The notes beneath the pieces were generated by a model. That model saw nothing but the letters and a program-made list of their open reading frames with translations, had not been told where the DNA came from and did not search any database. Positions 36,229-49,401 of a stretch of 64,000 bases of DNA are shown piece by piece (within the stretch, counting starts at the first letter, position 1; each line of letters begins with the position of its first letter). Both the position numbers and the translations under genes were made by a program. This stretch comes from Phoronis australis (taxonomy: Eukaryota; Animalia; Phoronida): contig NMRA01000709.1 of assembly GCA_002633005.1 (NCBI GenBank), positions 119,380 through 183,379 on the forward strand. Reading direction: 5' to 3'.

Positions 36229-37934
36229 TCTTTTTGTAATGCTTATTACACGTTTTATATTTTGTGCCATCAATTCTTAACAAATTTGTCGTATTTAAAA
36301 TAGTCTTCGAATGCCCAAAAGACCAAATCCGTTATTCGTGTTGGCAATAATAACGGCATTGCTTTGGAAATCGTCTTAAGATAAGGTTTGACAAAGAGAA
36401 TATTACGAGTTTCTGAGTGATCCACTAAGGCTTCGATTAAAATTCACATCTTACCAGCAGCTTCTGTTTTTTCATCGTCACCCAGGTTCCATTTTCTTTA
36501 AAAAATGAAGTAAATTTTCTTCATTGCACAGTGGAGAAGACGACGGAAACGAAGTCGTAGTGCGCAGCGCCCCTGCCGGTCGCTTGGGATATCGCGGGAG
36601 AGCCTATATACGTAGCCATAGTTCTGTTACGAACAAGCCGTGTTCCGAATTTGACACTTGAAATTGGATTTGAGCCCCCCCCCAACACTAAAACTGCACA
36701 CATTTAAATCCTTTTTCATCCGTATAATTTTAATTACTGGGGTTTATTAATAAACTCAACATTTCCCTACGCTCTTACTGTTTTATTTTTTTTTGCGGCA
36801 GCCAAGGGGGGGGGGGGGNCTACTAAATCCGCCTATGGTGCGACATCAGTCAATTACATTACATCGGCAGCAGTTTTAAATGATATGTAACTCTGTTGCT
36901 TGATGAATTTCAAGATTTAAGTCCTTTCATGCGGAAAAGTGCTGTCTCAAATGTGATAGTAATGGCCAATGCCGCTAAAATCGATGTGTCTGAAATTTCA
37001 GAAATAGGGGTGAATGTCAAATTCAACCGTTTGCCAAATTTCAGAATCAAAAATTCTGTTTGTGGTTGGATTTAGGTGTCCGAAATTTGGGAGACTGTTT
37101 GGAATTTTTACAGAATTATTATTTTTGCATGATATGTATTGAAACTTTGTTTTATATTCGTCAGGTTAGATTGCTTTGATGACAACTGTGAACAGTAAGC
37201 CTACACAAGTGGTGCGTTTTTAATCACAGAATATGTAAACAAAAGGTTTAAATCCATTATCGTTTTCTACGAGTTTATTTGTAGAAAACCAATTACAAGA
37301 CTTTAGAATTTATTCAAATACGAACATGATAATGAATTTCAAAAAGGATGTTGTCGTGATGTATGCACTATCCGTGTCCGAGTTAAGGAAAATACTGTTC
37401 GTATTATTACTTCTCAGGTCCATCTTGGTGAATACCTCAGTTTTAATCATTTAAGGAATTCTACAAAGTTTGTAAGGAGAAACAAAATGTTGTTGTTTGT
37501 AAATGGTCCCGGGTAATTTCGAATGTATGTTACGCTGTTACTCGTGATTGATTTAGTCTACTTACAGGGAACAGAGAACTGTACAATCTGAGACAGGTCC
37601 TACGTATTATTTTTTCTGGAGGATCCTTTATTCATACCATTTATTTCTCTTTTGTCGGGAGTTCTGAGACTCTTTGATTTTGGTGAAATCGCGGATAACG
37701 TTCATTCTGTTCCCTACAATTTGGTGCATCACACTTTGAAATTCAATCCTGATAATTGGATTGTCTATGGAATTTTGAAAACAAGCACCTCAATTCAGCC
37801 TATGTGACTGCAAAGTTACTTGGGGTTCTGGGACAAAATTTCCAACAGTTACTTGGAGGTGAAAGAGTTAAGAACTTAGGCTGGACCAATATGGGCAAAG
37901 CCACCATATTTTGTGGGAACACAGTAAAATGTTA

Positions 37935-40900
37935 TACAGCACACATCACGAATTTTTGTCCGACCGGTCGGAAATTGGTCGACGACCGGCCGTCGACCGG
38001 TCGTCTAGCCGACCAGCAGCCGACCAACTACGGTCGGCTAGGAGCCGTCTGCTGAGTCGTCTCTGTGATCGGCCCCTGGGTCGGCTGAGTGGTCGCCTAG
38101 CGTAGACGACCAATTCGGATTAAGCGTGTCCTTGGTCGGCAATTACCATTTTATGACTTAGCGGGTGAACTTTGGACAAACAAACATTTAACTTTCGCTG
38201 TTCGTTTACCAGTGGCAACTCGGTCTTGGCATCGGTTTTTCAACTTTTGTTCAACTATTAAAAGGAGGTAAAATCGAATCAACCTACAAGTACGAAGTGC
38301 GTGACATTAAACCAGCCTGAAACTTTATGTTGAATTAATGACGGAGTGGTAAAATCAAACGTTAAGTGATATCGCGGAAGCATAATTTCTAACTTTAGAT
38401 ATGAGACTTTTTATACAGTACATTATGCATAAAACAAGCACGAAATTTGAAATTTACAGTAAAATTGCATATAAATCAGAATACAACACTGGATAATTTA
38501 CGGCCTCAAGTGTTTTCATGTCGCGGAATGCTCAACAAGCAGTGGGCATTTGCGCTCATCCGATATTGCTCTTGATCATCACTTCATCACGCTGTACATT
38601 GCGCTTTACCACAGATAATTATAGTTATGCGCCCACATATTTATATGTGGACGCATTATGCCGTCATCTCCGTCCGTCCGTCCGTACGGGCGGCGTCCGT
38701 CCGGCGTCCGCTGCTCTATTTCCAAAACCCTTTGACATACGTTCATGAAATTTGGCACATATGTTCCATTCATAAATGGGACGGCATGTGCGAACTTTTG
38801 GACGGATCCGACTACCGGTGTGCCCCCTAGTGGCAATTTTAGTTTTTTACGCTTACCTTTGTATCTTCAAAAGTCCTGAACGGATTGTCATGAAATTTGG
38901 TACGTAGGCACCTATTAGTGAGATGACGCTATCCTCCCGTTTTCAGATGGATTCAACATAGTTTGCGCCACCTAGTGGCCTTTTTTACTGTTTTCGAATC
39001 TGTATTTTTGCGTCCACCCCTCTATCAACCAAACCGCCCAAAGGATGATTGTGAAAATTGGCATGTATATGCTTACTATGCAGAGGACGGTTGACGATGA
39101 TTTTCCGACTATTTTGACTACTGTGGTGTCTCCTAGTGGCAGTTTTTTTTTTGAGCCTATTGCTGTATCTCCTAAACTGTTCCCAGGATCTTTACGAAAT
39201 TTAATAAGTGTATTTATATGATGTTAACAATAAACGATGAGGACTTTTGGACAGATCCGACTACCAGTGTGCCCCCTAGTGGCAATTTTATTTTTTTACG
39301 TTTACCTTTGTATCTTCAAAAGTCCTTAACGGATTTTCATGAAATTTGGTATGTAGGCACCTATTAGTGCGATGATGCTATCGTCTCGTTTTCAGATGGA
39401 TTCGACCTAGTTTGCGACACGCAGTAGCCATTTTTACTGTTTTTGAGTCTGTTTTTTGGCGTCCACCCCTCTATCAATCAAACCGCTCTAAGTATGATTG
39501 TGAAAATTGGGCATGTATGTTCTGACTATGAAGAGGACGGTTGACGCTGAATTTCCCATGACTTTGATTACTGTGGCGCCTCCTAGTGGCAGTTTTTTTT
39601 GCGCCCATGGCTGTATCTCCCAAACCGTTTGCAGGATCTTTACTAAATTTATGGTGGTAAATTTGTTTTTAATTCTATGTTTTTGTGTTGCTTTAAGCAA
39701 CTGATGTATAGGATGTGCTTGTATTATGAAGATCACTCACATTTTGCCCCTAGCCTATTGAGACAATGACCATGCCTTTCCATTTTGCAAAGTACAACAT
39801 ACTACATATATGCCCTCTACTGGCCACTTTATGGTACCAATAAACAACCCTAGAAGTATACCGTATACGGTGCAATTGTGGGCGCATTTCAATGCTCTGC
39901 GTTGCTCTTGTTTATTTCGGTATAATTTCTTAATATGTTGGTAGAGCAATAGATCACAAGTTTATTTTAGGAACAACATAAACAACGGTTTGAACATAGC
40001 GCCGATATTAAATCATGGGCGCATGAAAACGGAAGCCTGTGATCGGTTTATAGTGTCATCCATCATTCATCATAATTCTGAAATTGTTGTCACTTTCGCA
40101 GTAAAAAATCTTTTCGAAACTAGAGCCTTCCTAACTAGCCAGCTAGCTGTATGAAGACTATTTTCAAAATACAGCAAGGTGCCACTGCGTATTGAGCTCA
40201 AACAGACCTCGAAATTTCACACAGCCCGGATAGTTACGCTTGTCACCTCGTCGTGAAGCGTGTATCAACATGAGCTCAAGACTTGCGAGTGTGCATGCAA
40301 AATCAGGAAGTCAATTGGTATTCAAGTTGCCCATTATGGCCGTTTAAGGGAAAAACATCCGACGTCATCTTCTTGCGTAATTCTCTGCCTTTTGTAACGA
40401 AAAAACATATGTCGTCGTTTTGAAAAGAGTTCATTCGTGACACGCGCCACTTCCAAAATATTTTCATTATCTCCCATTGGATGATGACAACATCTCAGCA
40501 AAATTTGTTCTAAAATTCGGTTCATTGATATCAAAATTCCAAAAACATATAATAAAGTGAAACCAATTCTGATCATTTGTTGTGACGTTTACGCAACCTC
40601 GAGGGAGAACATTTGATTGAAGAATCTGGGAAAAACAAACTGGCTAATAGGTGACGCAATATTTCATTGCGTCGAAAGTCGACGCAAAAGATCACACCTT
40701 AATTTTAACAGCAGAATAATTGTAGAAAACCAATTTTTGCAACGCTGGTAAATAATTTAGATTACTCTAGGAAGATTTTATTCGGTCAGTTTTTTACCCA
40801 CAACGGCGCAAATTTGTATATTTAATTTAGTAAACAGCTTCGCACCAAGGCTAGAGCATTCCGAGCCCTTTGGCGTAAGAACGCAATACTTGGCGTTTCG

Positions 40901-43900
40901 TGTATACTCCAAGGGGTAAAACTTTGAAAATAATATTTTCGGGGTAACCTGGTACATGTAATCCTAAAAAAAGTAGTCTGTGTTTTCATGTAGAGCGGAA
41001 ATTTATTAACCCAGTGATTCAGAAACAACACTCTCGCAAACGAAAATGCACACAATTTTCAGCTCTATTACACTGGTTAAAAATAACTTCTATAAGTTTA
41101 TTGCATCGGATTCTAGTGATCACCAGGGCAAGTCAAAGCTCTTAAGGGGGTGCAATTTCAAACCTTTGGCATGAATCAGTTACATAAAAATGGAATTAGA
41201 CCGACTTTAATTCATCAGCAATGTAGACACAACAGTTACAGACACTGGCTGCGTTTGTTAACGTCTTGTGGCAATGATAAAAATAATTATTGCTACTATG
41301 ATTGATAACAAGTTTTACTCTGATGAGGTATAATGCAATATGCATGTCTAATATGCAGATCAGGAGTTGCAAAAATTTTTACTAGGTTTAATGAATCCCT
41401 TTGTTCTGAACCACTGCAAAAGTATGATTACTTATTGTACATTCCAAGCACGCCTCATTAGACTAAAAACATACACATGCTTGATGATCCCAGGAGTACC
41501 TCTATTACAGGCATGGATAAAGATATATAGTTGTTAAGCCCTAGAGGATAATAAGGCTTACATAATATCACACTGAGCCATCTACAAAAGGCATATACAA
41601 AGGATACAGTGTTTCACAAGAAGCCACAACTACTCATTTTTCATTGTATTACTAAATCACAAAAACCAAGATTTATATAAGAAGTTACAGTGTATGATGC
41701 TACACAACCTGCTCTCCCACATTTATGGAAGGCCTAAGTAGAAACATTTAACGACATATATATTCTATGCAAGATTAAAACCAAGCAAAACATGTTAACT
41801 CTCCAGGACCAAAAATAAATATCTCAAAACCAGAACTTTTTCTTAAGCAAGATTTAAAACAATCCAATACATTGAGATTGTTTTCACACAGAAGACCAAA
41901 CAACAAATCAAGACCAAAATTCACTGCGTCAAGACTAAAAATTTATCACATCAGCACCTATAATTTATCAAGTGAGGACCAAAAATTCTTCACTTCAGGA
42001 TCAAAATAAAATACGACTGAACTGAAACTTTAATAAGTCAGGTTCAAAAACTTACCACGTCAGTAACTTTACACGCTAGAACACCACGTCACCATCCCCA
42101 AGCATTGATCCTTCAAAGTGATAATGTCCGGACTGTAGGTATAAACAAGGGCTAAATGTTCAACCTCTTGCCAACGAGACATATTATCTTGGAAATGCGG
42201 TTGAATTTCTTTCATCTAATCCACGTGTTACAATAGATGCCAATGTATAGGTACACACTGGATTGTCATCATTGCATAATGGGTGATCACGTAGTCTCCA
42301 GGCATGAAAACAATTCTCTCCTGGCGTGATAAGTTTTCTGAGGCAATAAATCCTGGTTGCCCATTGTTTTTGATTCTACAGAGATTTCAATTCCTGAATA
42401 GAAAATGCGTGTTCTGGATGTTTCCGCTTCAGCTTTCCATTCAGCTAACTAGTGCACAGCACAGTGTTTTTACTATCCCGTGGTACAACCTTCCGTAAAT
42501 GACGTTCGTATTTTGCACATTTCTTCGGGGTAACAGTTTTCCAAGAGCTATATATTCATTGGGCAAGTTTCTGTTTGGTATTCGGTTTTATTTTCTTTCT
42601 CTGGTAGTCCTTGAGCTCATGCTCTGAATGTTTTGAAAACGCAACTCTTTCTTTACGCAGATACGTTTTCTGCCCGTGGGCACCGATTCGCTGAATTCAT
42701 CAACCAAACATTTATTTTTGAAAATGCCCTCAAAACTGTACTTTTTTAAAACACCGTGTTGACCATAGTTGTCAGTGTAGAAAAGCGAAATTAACAAATT
42801 TGTACACACTGCTCAAAGCATTTTTGTGGAAATACGGAAACGCCACTTTTGTGGACATACGGAAACGCCAACGTCTCTGTCTCACAACGCTGCGTGTGCT
42901 TGGCATTTCTGATAAAGCGCTCTCATGCTGGAAACTTTTTTAAGACTGAGCACCGTTTCAAAGAATTGTATTTTTTCTTACAGCTGAGCACAGAAGAATT
43001 ATTCTGCGATTTTAGGACTGAAACGGAACCAAATCTCGAGTGGTGACTCATTAGAATGTGCAAAAGCCAGGGAGGAGGGGGGGAGGGGCGATACAAGCAT
43101 GATTTTTTATTTTCGCGCCTAACATGTAGGTTCCACTTCTCATTCAGCGTCACGTATTACCTAAGGTGACCAGATCATACGCTATAAATACCACCAGACG
43201 CTTTGCTTCTCAAAAGTGCACGTTGAAGTATTTTCCATCATTTTTTGCCATCGCAATCGATTTACCAAAAATTCACGCACATATGCCGCGCAGAGACACC
43301 TCTTCACCAAGTATTCTCATCTTCCCGTTCACAATTGTTTTTGTTACATAATTTGTCTATATGTTGTTGACAGAAAATATTCATTTTGGAACAACATGAA
43401 CGACCAACTGATAGGGGCCTACGTGTACATGTAACTAGCCCAGATTTTAACGTTACCGATACATGAAAACAGAATGCGCAAAGCTACAATTGGCTGTAGC
43501 CTCAACAGTGGTCATTCTGTGTTTGATGTCACCGTCTTAGTTCGTGGAAATCGTAACCATAGTATGATTTCGAAGTTAGATGTATCGAAGTCCGTGGGTT
43601 TAGGGCATAGTGGACCGTGAACTTCGCGTCTGCCAGTACTGCAAGGGTCAATGCTATGAAAATAAAATCCCCTGAGTGAGAGCTCTTCGCGGTGTAACAA
43701 CTCACTCACTAATCCATCATCATGGGCGCGTGATAGGAGATCGGTGAAGAACTTAAAAAACGCAAAAAGATGCAGTTTGGCGTTACACAAACAAAATCAA
43801 TTGTGGTCGAAGACTGCGAAAAATAGCTGCGTTTACAAAATGACTACAGCGTTGTATTGAGCGGGAAGCAACCAATCTATTACAACTTGTTAACGTCACG

Positions 43901-44329
43901 AGTCAAATTAAAGATCAAATGTAAAGAAAACTTTCACGTTTTACATCCAAAACTTGTTGCATTGTCCATAATCCAATGTTTACTATTACCGCTTGCCTTC
44001 AACTTTCGAATTAGTGGTGTTACGCAAGCGACGTGAACTCATGTAACCGAGACAGTAAAACTAGGTTAATTTATTTGACCCTGTGCTAAGACGAATATGC
44101 ATCGACACGCAAAGTGGTATCAGCCTGACAACCTATTACACAACTGCTACTCTAGCCTAAAAATAGCAGCCGACCATCTGGACGGTCGGCTGAAGGGTCG
44201 GCTGGGGAGTCGCCTTATGAGTCGGCACTGCGGGCGACTGCTGGTCGGCTAATTTTTAGCCGACCGGTCGACGGCCAGTCGTCGACCAATTTCCGACCGG
44301 GCGGACAAAAATTCGTGATGTGTGCTGTA
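37935..44329. mobile_element. 6.4-kb TIR element with CGACC/GGTCG subterminal repeats (CACTA/EnSpm-like architecture)
   Basis: TACAGCACACATCACGAATTTTTGTCCGACCGGTCGGAAATTGGTCGACGAC is mirrored almost exactly at 44260-44329; no intact transposase; hosts HINE copy 2. Confidence 0.8.
38619..39912 (+). mobile_element. HINE-like element, copy 2
   Basis: Same subTIRs, (CCGT)n, satellite core (one subunit fewer) and 3' hairpin as 34695-36228. Confidence 0.85.
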
Positions 44330-44477
44330 CAATGCTATCAGGAGTTAGGTAATGGATTTTTGCGTAGAACAAATTCTACTGACATTAGTGAATGCATGAG
44401 TATTTGGTTTGGTGTACATGGTCTTTCCACACACATTTTGTGCTTTCCCCTCCCACATGGATTTTACTTTTTTTCAG

Positions 44478-44504
44478 ATCCTTACATGCGGCCACCTCCT
44501 ATTG
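44478..44504 (+). CDS. YLPM1: YLPM1-like 27-nt micro-exon C (DPYMRPPPI)
   Basis: Strong TTTTACTTTTTTTCAG acceptor and perfect G|GTAAGT donor; symmetric phase 1; continues the DPY motif. Confidence 0.8.
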
Positions 44505-45600
44505 GTAAGTTATACTTCATATGTTTTTGTTAATTTGTTCACCTACAACAAAATTGTGTAAATTGTTACATCTAGTGGGTCCAATATTGCCCATAGTGGC
44601 AACTAGGATTCACTTTGATAATCTGCCTATCTATCTACCAAACCCTTGAAGTATAGTTATGTCAAATGAGTTTTTATTAAATTGGTGAGCTGGAGTGCCG
44701 CCGATAGTTGTATGGATCCGAATGCTGCAATGCCCCCACTGTTGCACCTTTGGTTTTTTTTGAAATCCCATATCTGCCAGGATGCCAATGTTTACATGAC
44801 TTTCATAGACTGCACTCTGTAAATACAAGTTTAAGTTGACAGGTTTTGTTCACTCTATTGTGTGGAATTACTTGAAGAAATGGTCTCTTCTTCACCATTT
44901 GTGATGGGCACAGGGGAGGCATATCAACAGTGTACATTGCTTTTTTGCAGTATAGCATAAAACTAAAGCCTGTCTAGAAATGTTTTGGCAAGAAAGGAGT
45001 TGAGAGTCACAATAACAGAGTTACATGTCATGACGGCGACACCCCGTTGCTCCCAACTTGTTCGATTCTATAGCCCAACAACAAGTTGGGAAGTTTACCC
45101 CCGTAGCCAATATCTGACTCGACTGAGTAACTCCGTTCTGGCATTTATGGTTGGAGGGCCTGTGCTCTTTGGTTCGATTATTTCTCTAATCTCCGATCAG
45201 ATCGTATCTAGCCTGACTGGGCTGGGCTGATAAAAATGAAAGTTAAATTATAACATATTTGAGCTTAAACCAATAGCACTTCTGAATTCCTGGTCAAAGG
45301 CTGATCATGTTACGTTTTTGAATCACCAAAATCGCCCATCTACAACAGAATTTAAGACAATCTATTCTGTCCAAACGGATTACCAACGCATTCGGTTTGA
45401 CTGTGTTCTGAATACGCGTTCAGTAATATCCTGTAACCACCATACATTTCCTTTGAAGCCTGAGAGCTAATTGGCCTGCTTGTTATCATACGTGACAAAA
45501 GACTGAGCTAGGCAGATAACAAAAGTGCCAGATGTTATCGCATGTTCAGCACCCCTCACGTCTGGAAAAGTTACTGAACGACAGAACGCTGTAATGTTGT

Positions 45601-45770
45601 GGTATTCACTGTGTGGTTGGCCAATGTTGTTTTAGACTAAAAGTGACAACAACTGTCATAGTTATGCGTACTGGTATTCATTATGTTGTTGGCCAATGTT
45701 CTTATTGAGATTGAGATTGACAACAATTGTCAGTTACACCAAGTAATATTCACTGTGTAGTTGGCTAGCC
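45601..45770. repeat. Diverged ~72-bp tandem repeat (about 2.3 units)
   Basis: TATTCACTGTGTGGTTGGCC-like unit starts near 45601, 45673 and 45746. Confidence 0.55.
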
Positions 45771-45778
45771 TTGCTGTC

Positions 45779-48101
45779 CAGGGCTCGACACTTAAAATCC
45801 CAGGTCGCATTTTCAAAATCCAGCTCGCATTCATAAATGCCAGGTTGCAAAATTTTCCCGCCCTTTTTACGCGCCAAAATTGATTTTTTAGATCATTGAG
45901 AAACTGTTCTTACCTGCAGCGTTAAATACTCACAAATTTCAGATTGTATAATTGAGTTCGTTATGCAAGTACGGCATTACTGTTCTTCATGAAAGGCTCT
46001 AGAGCGCAAGGCAAGTTGCAGACATGAATGTTGAATTAGTGCTCTCCAAGTGACACGTGCATTCGAGTAGCTAAGTTTGCAATGTGAAAAGGAAAAAATG
46101 CCCGTTGAAAAAGTATCGACGATTTTGCTAGGTCTGACCTGCTACTATTTGTCTTCAAAGCCGTTAAAGATCCAAATTAACTTGGAGTTCAAAGTCCCTC
46201 CACTTTTTGTTCGCAGCCCAAATTTGGCAACTTGACGTTTGAAAAACATCTGTCGAAAAAAATCCCTGAAATGATGCTCTAACCGAATGACGTATTGGGA
46301 TGCGCGTGAACAATTCAGTGCAAGATTCACAACAAAAAAGTAATTCTTATGCTGTTTACGTAGTCATCAGTTTTCCATGAAATGAAAAGCCTCGAAATAA
46401 TTCTCAACTCCATGCGGGTTTCCATCGGGTAATTCGAGTTTGCTCCTCAATACGTTTCAAGTACGGGAAAAATAGGTCAGCCACAAAACGACTTACATGT
46501 CACTTCTGCTAAACTTTCTTTCGGAGGTATAAAACAAAGCCGGTTTCGGTTGTTACATATTGAGAAAAGACGTTTTAATGAAAACTGAATTTGTTGTGTA
46601 TAGGCTGCGTCATTTGTAGTGTGCAATGATGGGCGCTAGCCTGAACTGTGGGCGCTTAATTGGAAATTCTCAAAAGTTGAAGGGGAACGCTTAGTAGATC
46701 AGTGAGCGCTTGTATGAAACACTTCAAGGGTAGGGAGTAGGTTTGTGCGAGAGCATAGTCATTAACCTGAGTGTTTGCGGTAATAAAAATATTAAAAGAC
46801 TGCAGTCGTAAGAAACGTTATAATAATATGATTTTGTGATGCAAACTCCATTTAGTAGGGGGGACTTTCTAGATAAAGGTACCACCTACACTGTACCCTT
46901 TTTAGCCACCCGGAATAATTTTGTTTTACTGTAATTGCCTGCTTCCGCCAGAACTATTGAAGTCTGAACATTTTACGGTGATGGTGATACGGGGACCGAA
47001 AAGATGCCGGGAGGGGGGTGTATGAAGAGAAGAATAATAAGTTTGCTAACCACAATTTTGCATCCGTTTAGTTGCAATAGCAGGCTACGGGCATAGGATA
47101 TAGGCTTTAGGGAACATCGACCTCAGGATGCATTGGAATAGGAAAATATCCAGTTCTTGGTTATATCAGTCCCGGGGAATACCGTAAAGCATTGGGTCTT
47201 TTGTAACCGCCGGGAATCTATGAGTTCATTTTCAAATAAACCACTATCACCCGGGTGCTTAACAGAGCCAAAACGGTGTACTGTTTCATTGAGGACTGTT
47301 GCTGTTCTCTTTTGATGTGCAGCTTTGAAGTGGTGCGTACCCGAGTTCACACAATTGAATCGCTGGATTAGCCCTACACTTTATGTTGGCAACGTGTGAA
47401 AGACAAATCATATTTCACCCCAGAAACAAGTAAAGGGATCTGAGAATTTCGTGGCAACTGAAAGTAAAAAATGTGGTCGTCGTTTGGCGATTAATAGGGT
47501 TGTCATTTTCACTTTGGCTCTTATGCAATAAAAATGGAGATGCACATCTCTAAGTCACGATTGTCTGCTGGCACCGCTTGCGCGCTAACAATGGGACCGA
47601 GAAGTGCCGCAGTGCGATATCAGAGATATTGTGGATATTTGGTACATGTAATTAGGACATGTTACGTGAAAAATAAACATATTTGTCTACCACAAAGTTT
47701 GGTCAGTTGATTGATTAAGAATTAGTAGAAACACTGCTGTTTTGTTATGTTTTATCTCGTGTTATGCAGTGGCCTGAAACTTTCCTAGGCCAATCAAGAA
47801 ATTTGCAAAAGTGGCCAAATTTGTTAGCCAATGAAATGCGTCAAAGATCGCTTCTGTATATCCCATGTTCACGCCACTTGCTTACAAGTCATTGAGAGGG
47901 CTGTTCTACAGTAGGTTAGTGTTCTTTTGAGTTTAAATTTGGCGACAACCAAATAATGTTCGGATTAACAAGAGTTGCTTTATGTTTGCTAGGTAATTGC
48001 CAAGAAGTGTAAAAACTCCGCTCGCATAGGTTGGAAATTCCAGGTCTCATTTTGTGACTTGATACGAGCTGACAAAAATTCCTGCAGTTCGTTATGTCAA
48101 G
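45779..48101. mobile_element. 5-bp-TSD hAT-like element, copy 3 (older, terminal bases lost)
   Basis: Starts CAGGGCTCGACA; collinear with 6046-8229 plus an extra ~46185-46430 segment; ends GTTATGTCAAG 14 nt before exon D. Confidence 0.85.
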
Positions 48102-48115
48102 TGTGTTGGTTGCAG

Positions 48116-48298
48116 AGTCCTTACGAAGGGTGCCGACCCCGCCACCTTTGGAACCCATCAAACCAGAAGTGATAGACTATGGCCATGGACAGCCAATCGA
48201 GAATGCAATGACTGTTGATGAGTATTTCCGAGATCCACTGAGGCGTGACCGAAGTAGAAGTCCTATCAGACGCGACTCACCATTCGACCGTGATCGAG
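48116..48298 (+). CDS. YLPM1: YLPM1-like exon D (SLRRVPTPPPLEPIKPEVIDYGHG...RSRSPIRRDSPFDRDR)
   Basis: TTGCAG acceptor, G|GTATGA donor, phase 1/1; VIDYGHG motif of the kind seen in YLPM1/ZAP3 proteins; RS/RD content. Confidence 0.88.
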
Positions 48299-48934
48299 GT
48301 ATGAATAAGCCATCTGATGTGTGACCCAACTCATTTTTGAAACCTGCCCACAACAGTCTCAGCCAAAGTATTGTAAAGTGTTAAATGCCGTGCAATATCC
48401 TGGTTTTATATACAGCACAAGTCTGTTGAAGGGCACTTCTCAGCCTCATCATTTTCTGTATAAGTAACAACTGTGCCGCTGTATTAAAAGATTGACAGAG
48501 GTTGCAGGAAAATATGGTTGTCCCCTTTCGTCATGTTAGATCGCGGTGTTGTGTTCTTGCCTGTGACATTGAGTTGCCACCAATTCCAGGGTTGCATGAT
48601 CCTTCTTTTGTGTTATTTACATCAGTTTCAGTCTTCCACCCTCAGTCTCACGAAAATGCTCCTGTGATGCATTTGACTGCAGCATCATTTTCTGAGTACA
48701 AATGTGTGCTGCTGCGTTAAAAGATAGACTTCACATGGATTCATACATTTTTAGACATTGCGCAAAAACTGTGGTCCCGCCTTATGTCATCTTGGATCGT
48801 CATGGTTGTGTTCTTAGCTGTGACGTTGAGTTCCCACAAATCCCAGAGTTGCAAAATTCTCATGGTATTTTTGTGTATTTCGGATCTTTTTGACCATCAC
48901 GCTGGCAGTACAATTGCATATGGTGTCATTTTCT

Positions 48935-49180
48935 GCTATACAGAATTTGTTAAATGCACGACACTTTTCATTGTTCACAGTCTTTATTCTGTTAAGTTCG
49001 TACTTTCGGAACAAAACATTTTAATTATGTCGCTAGGTCAGTTACTGTATCTATGTTCAGTTGAGAGTAGAGTTTTGTTGCGAAAGTATGAACGTAATGG
49101 AATAAAGACTGTGAACAATGACAAGTGTCGTGCATTTAACAAATTCTGTATTACCGAAAACTTGCTCCCGAAGTACAGCC
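48935..49180. mobile_element. 246-bp hairpin insertion, probably Penelope-like-element derived
   Basis: 13-bp TSD GGTGTCATTTTCT (48922-48934, 49181-49193); ~85-bp inverted arms; + strand reads MSLGQLLY...RKYE...FNKFCITENLLPKYS. Confidence 0.55.
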
Positions 49181-49401
49181 GGTGTCATTTTCTACATAAC
49201 AGCAGTGTGTTACTGCATTAGAAGATTGACTTTGAACTTATTCATTCATGATTCCAAGGCCACTATAGATGTTAGGACTTGACAGTCATGTAAGGTTTCA
49301 GTTCTTGCTTTTAATACCTAGAATTTCAGACAGATACTATTTTATGGTTCAACGCAAGCGACTGGTACCCTTCGACATGTTACCTGTACGCTTAGCATCA
49401 A

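Larger units (their letters stand above)
34354..36837. mobile_element. MITE of the same terminal type, 5-bp TSD, containing a tRNA-like sequence and a nested HINE
   Basis: GTGCG|CAGTGGCAGATCTAG...CTAAATCCGCCTATG|GTGCG. Confidence 0.75.

Noticed and set aside
37855-37874. GGTGAAAGAGTTAA as a piggyBac-like right end
   Set aside because: No matching left end found, so no element could be delimited.
34691-39949. Duplicated small ORFs (MPLGGTPV..., MRPHIYMW...) as a gene family
   Set aside because: They are translations of the two non-coding HINE copies.
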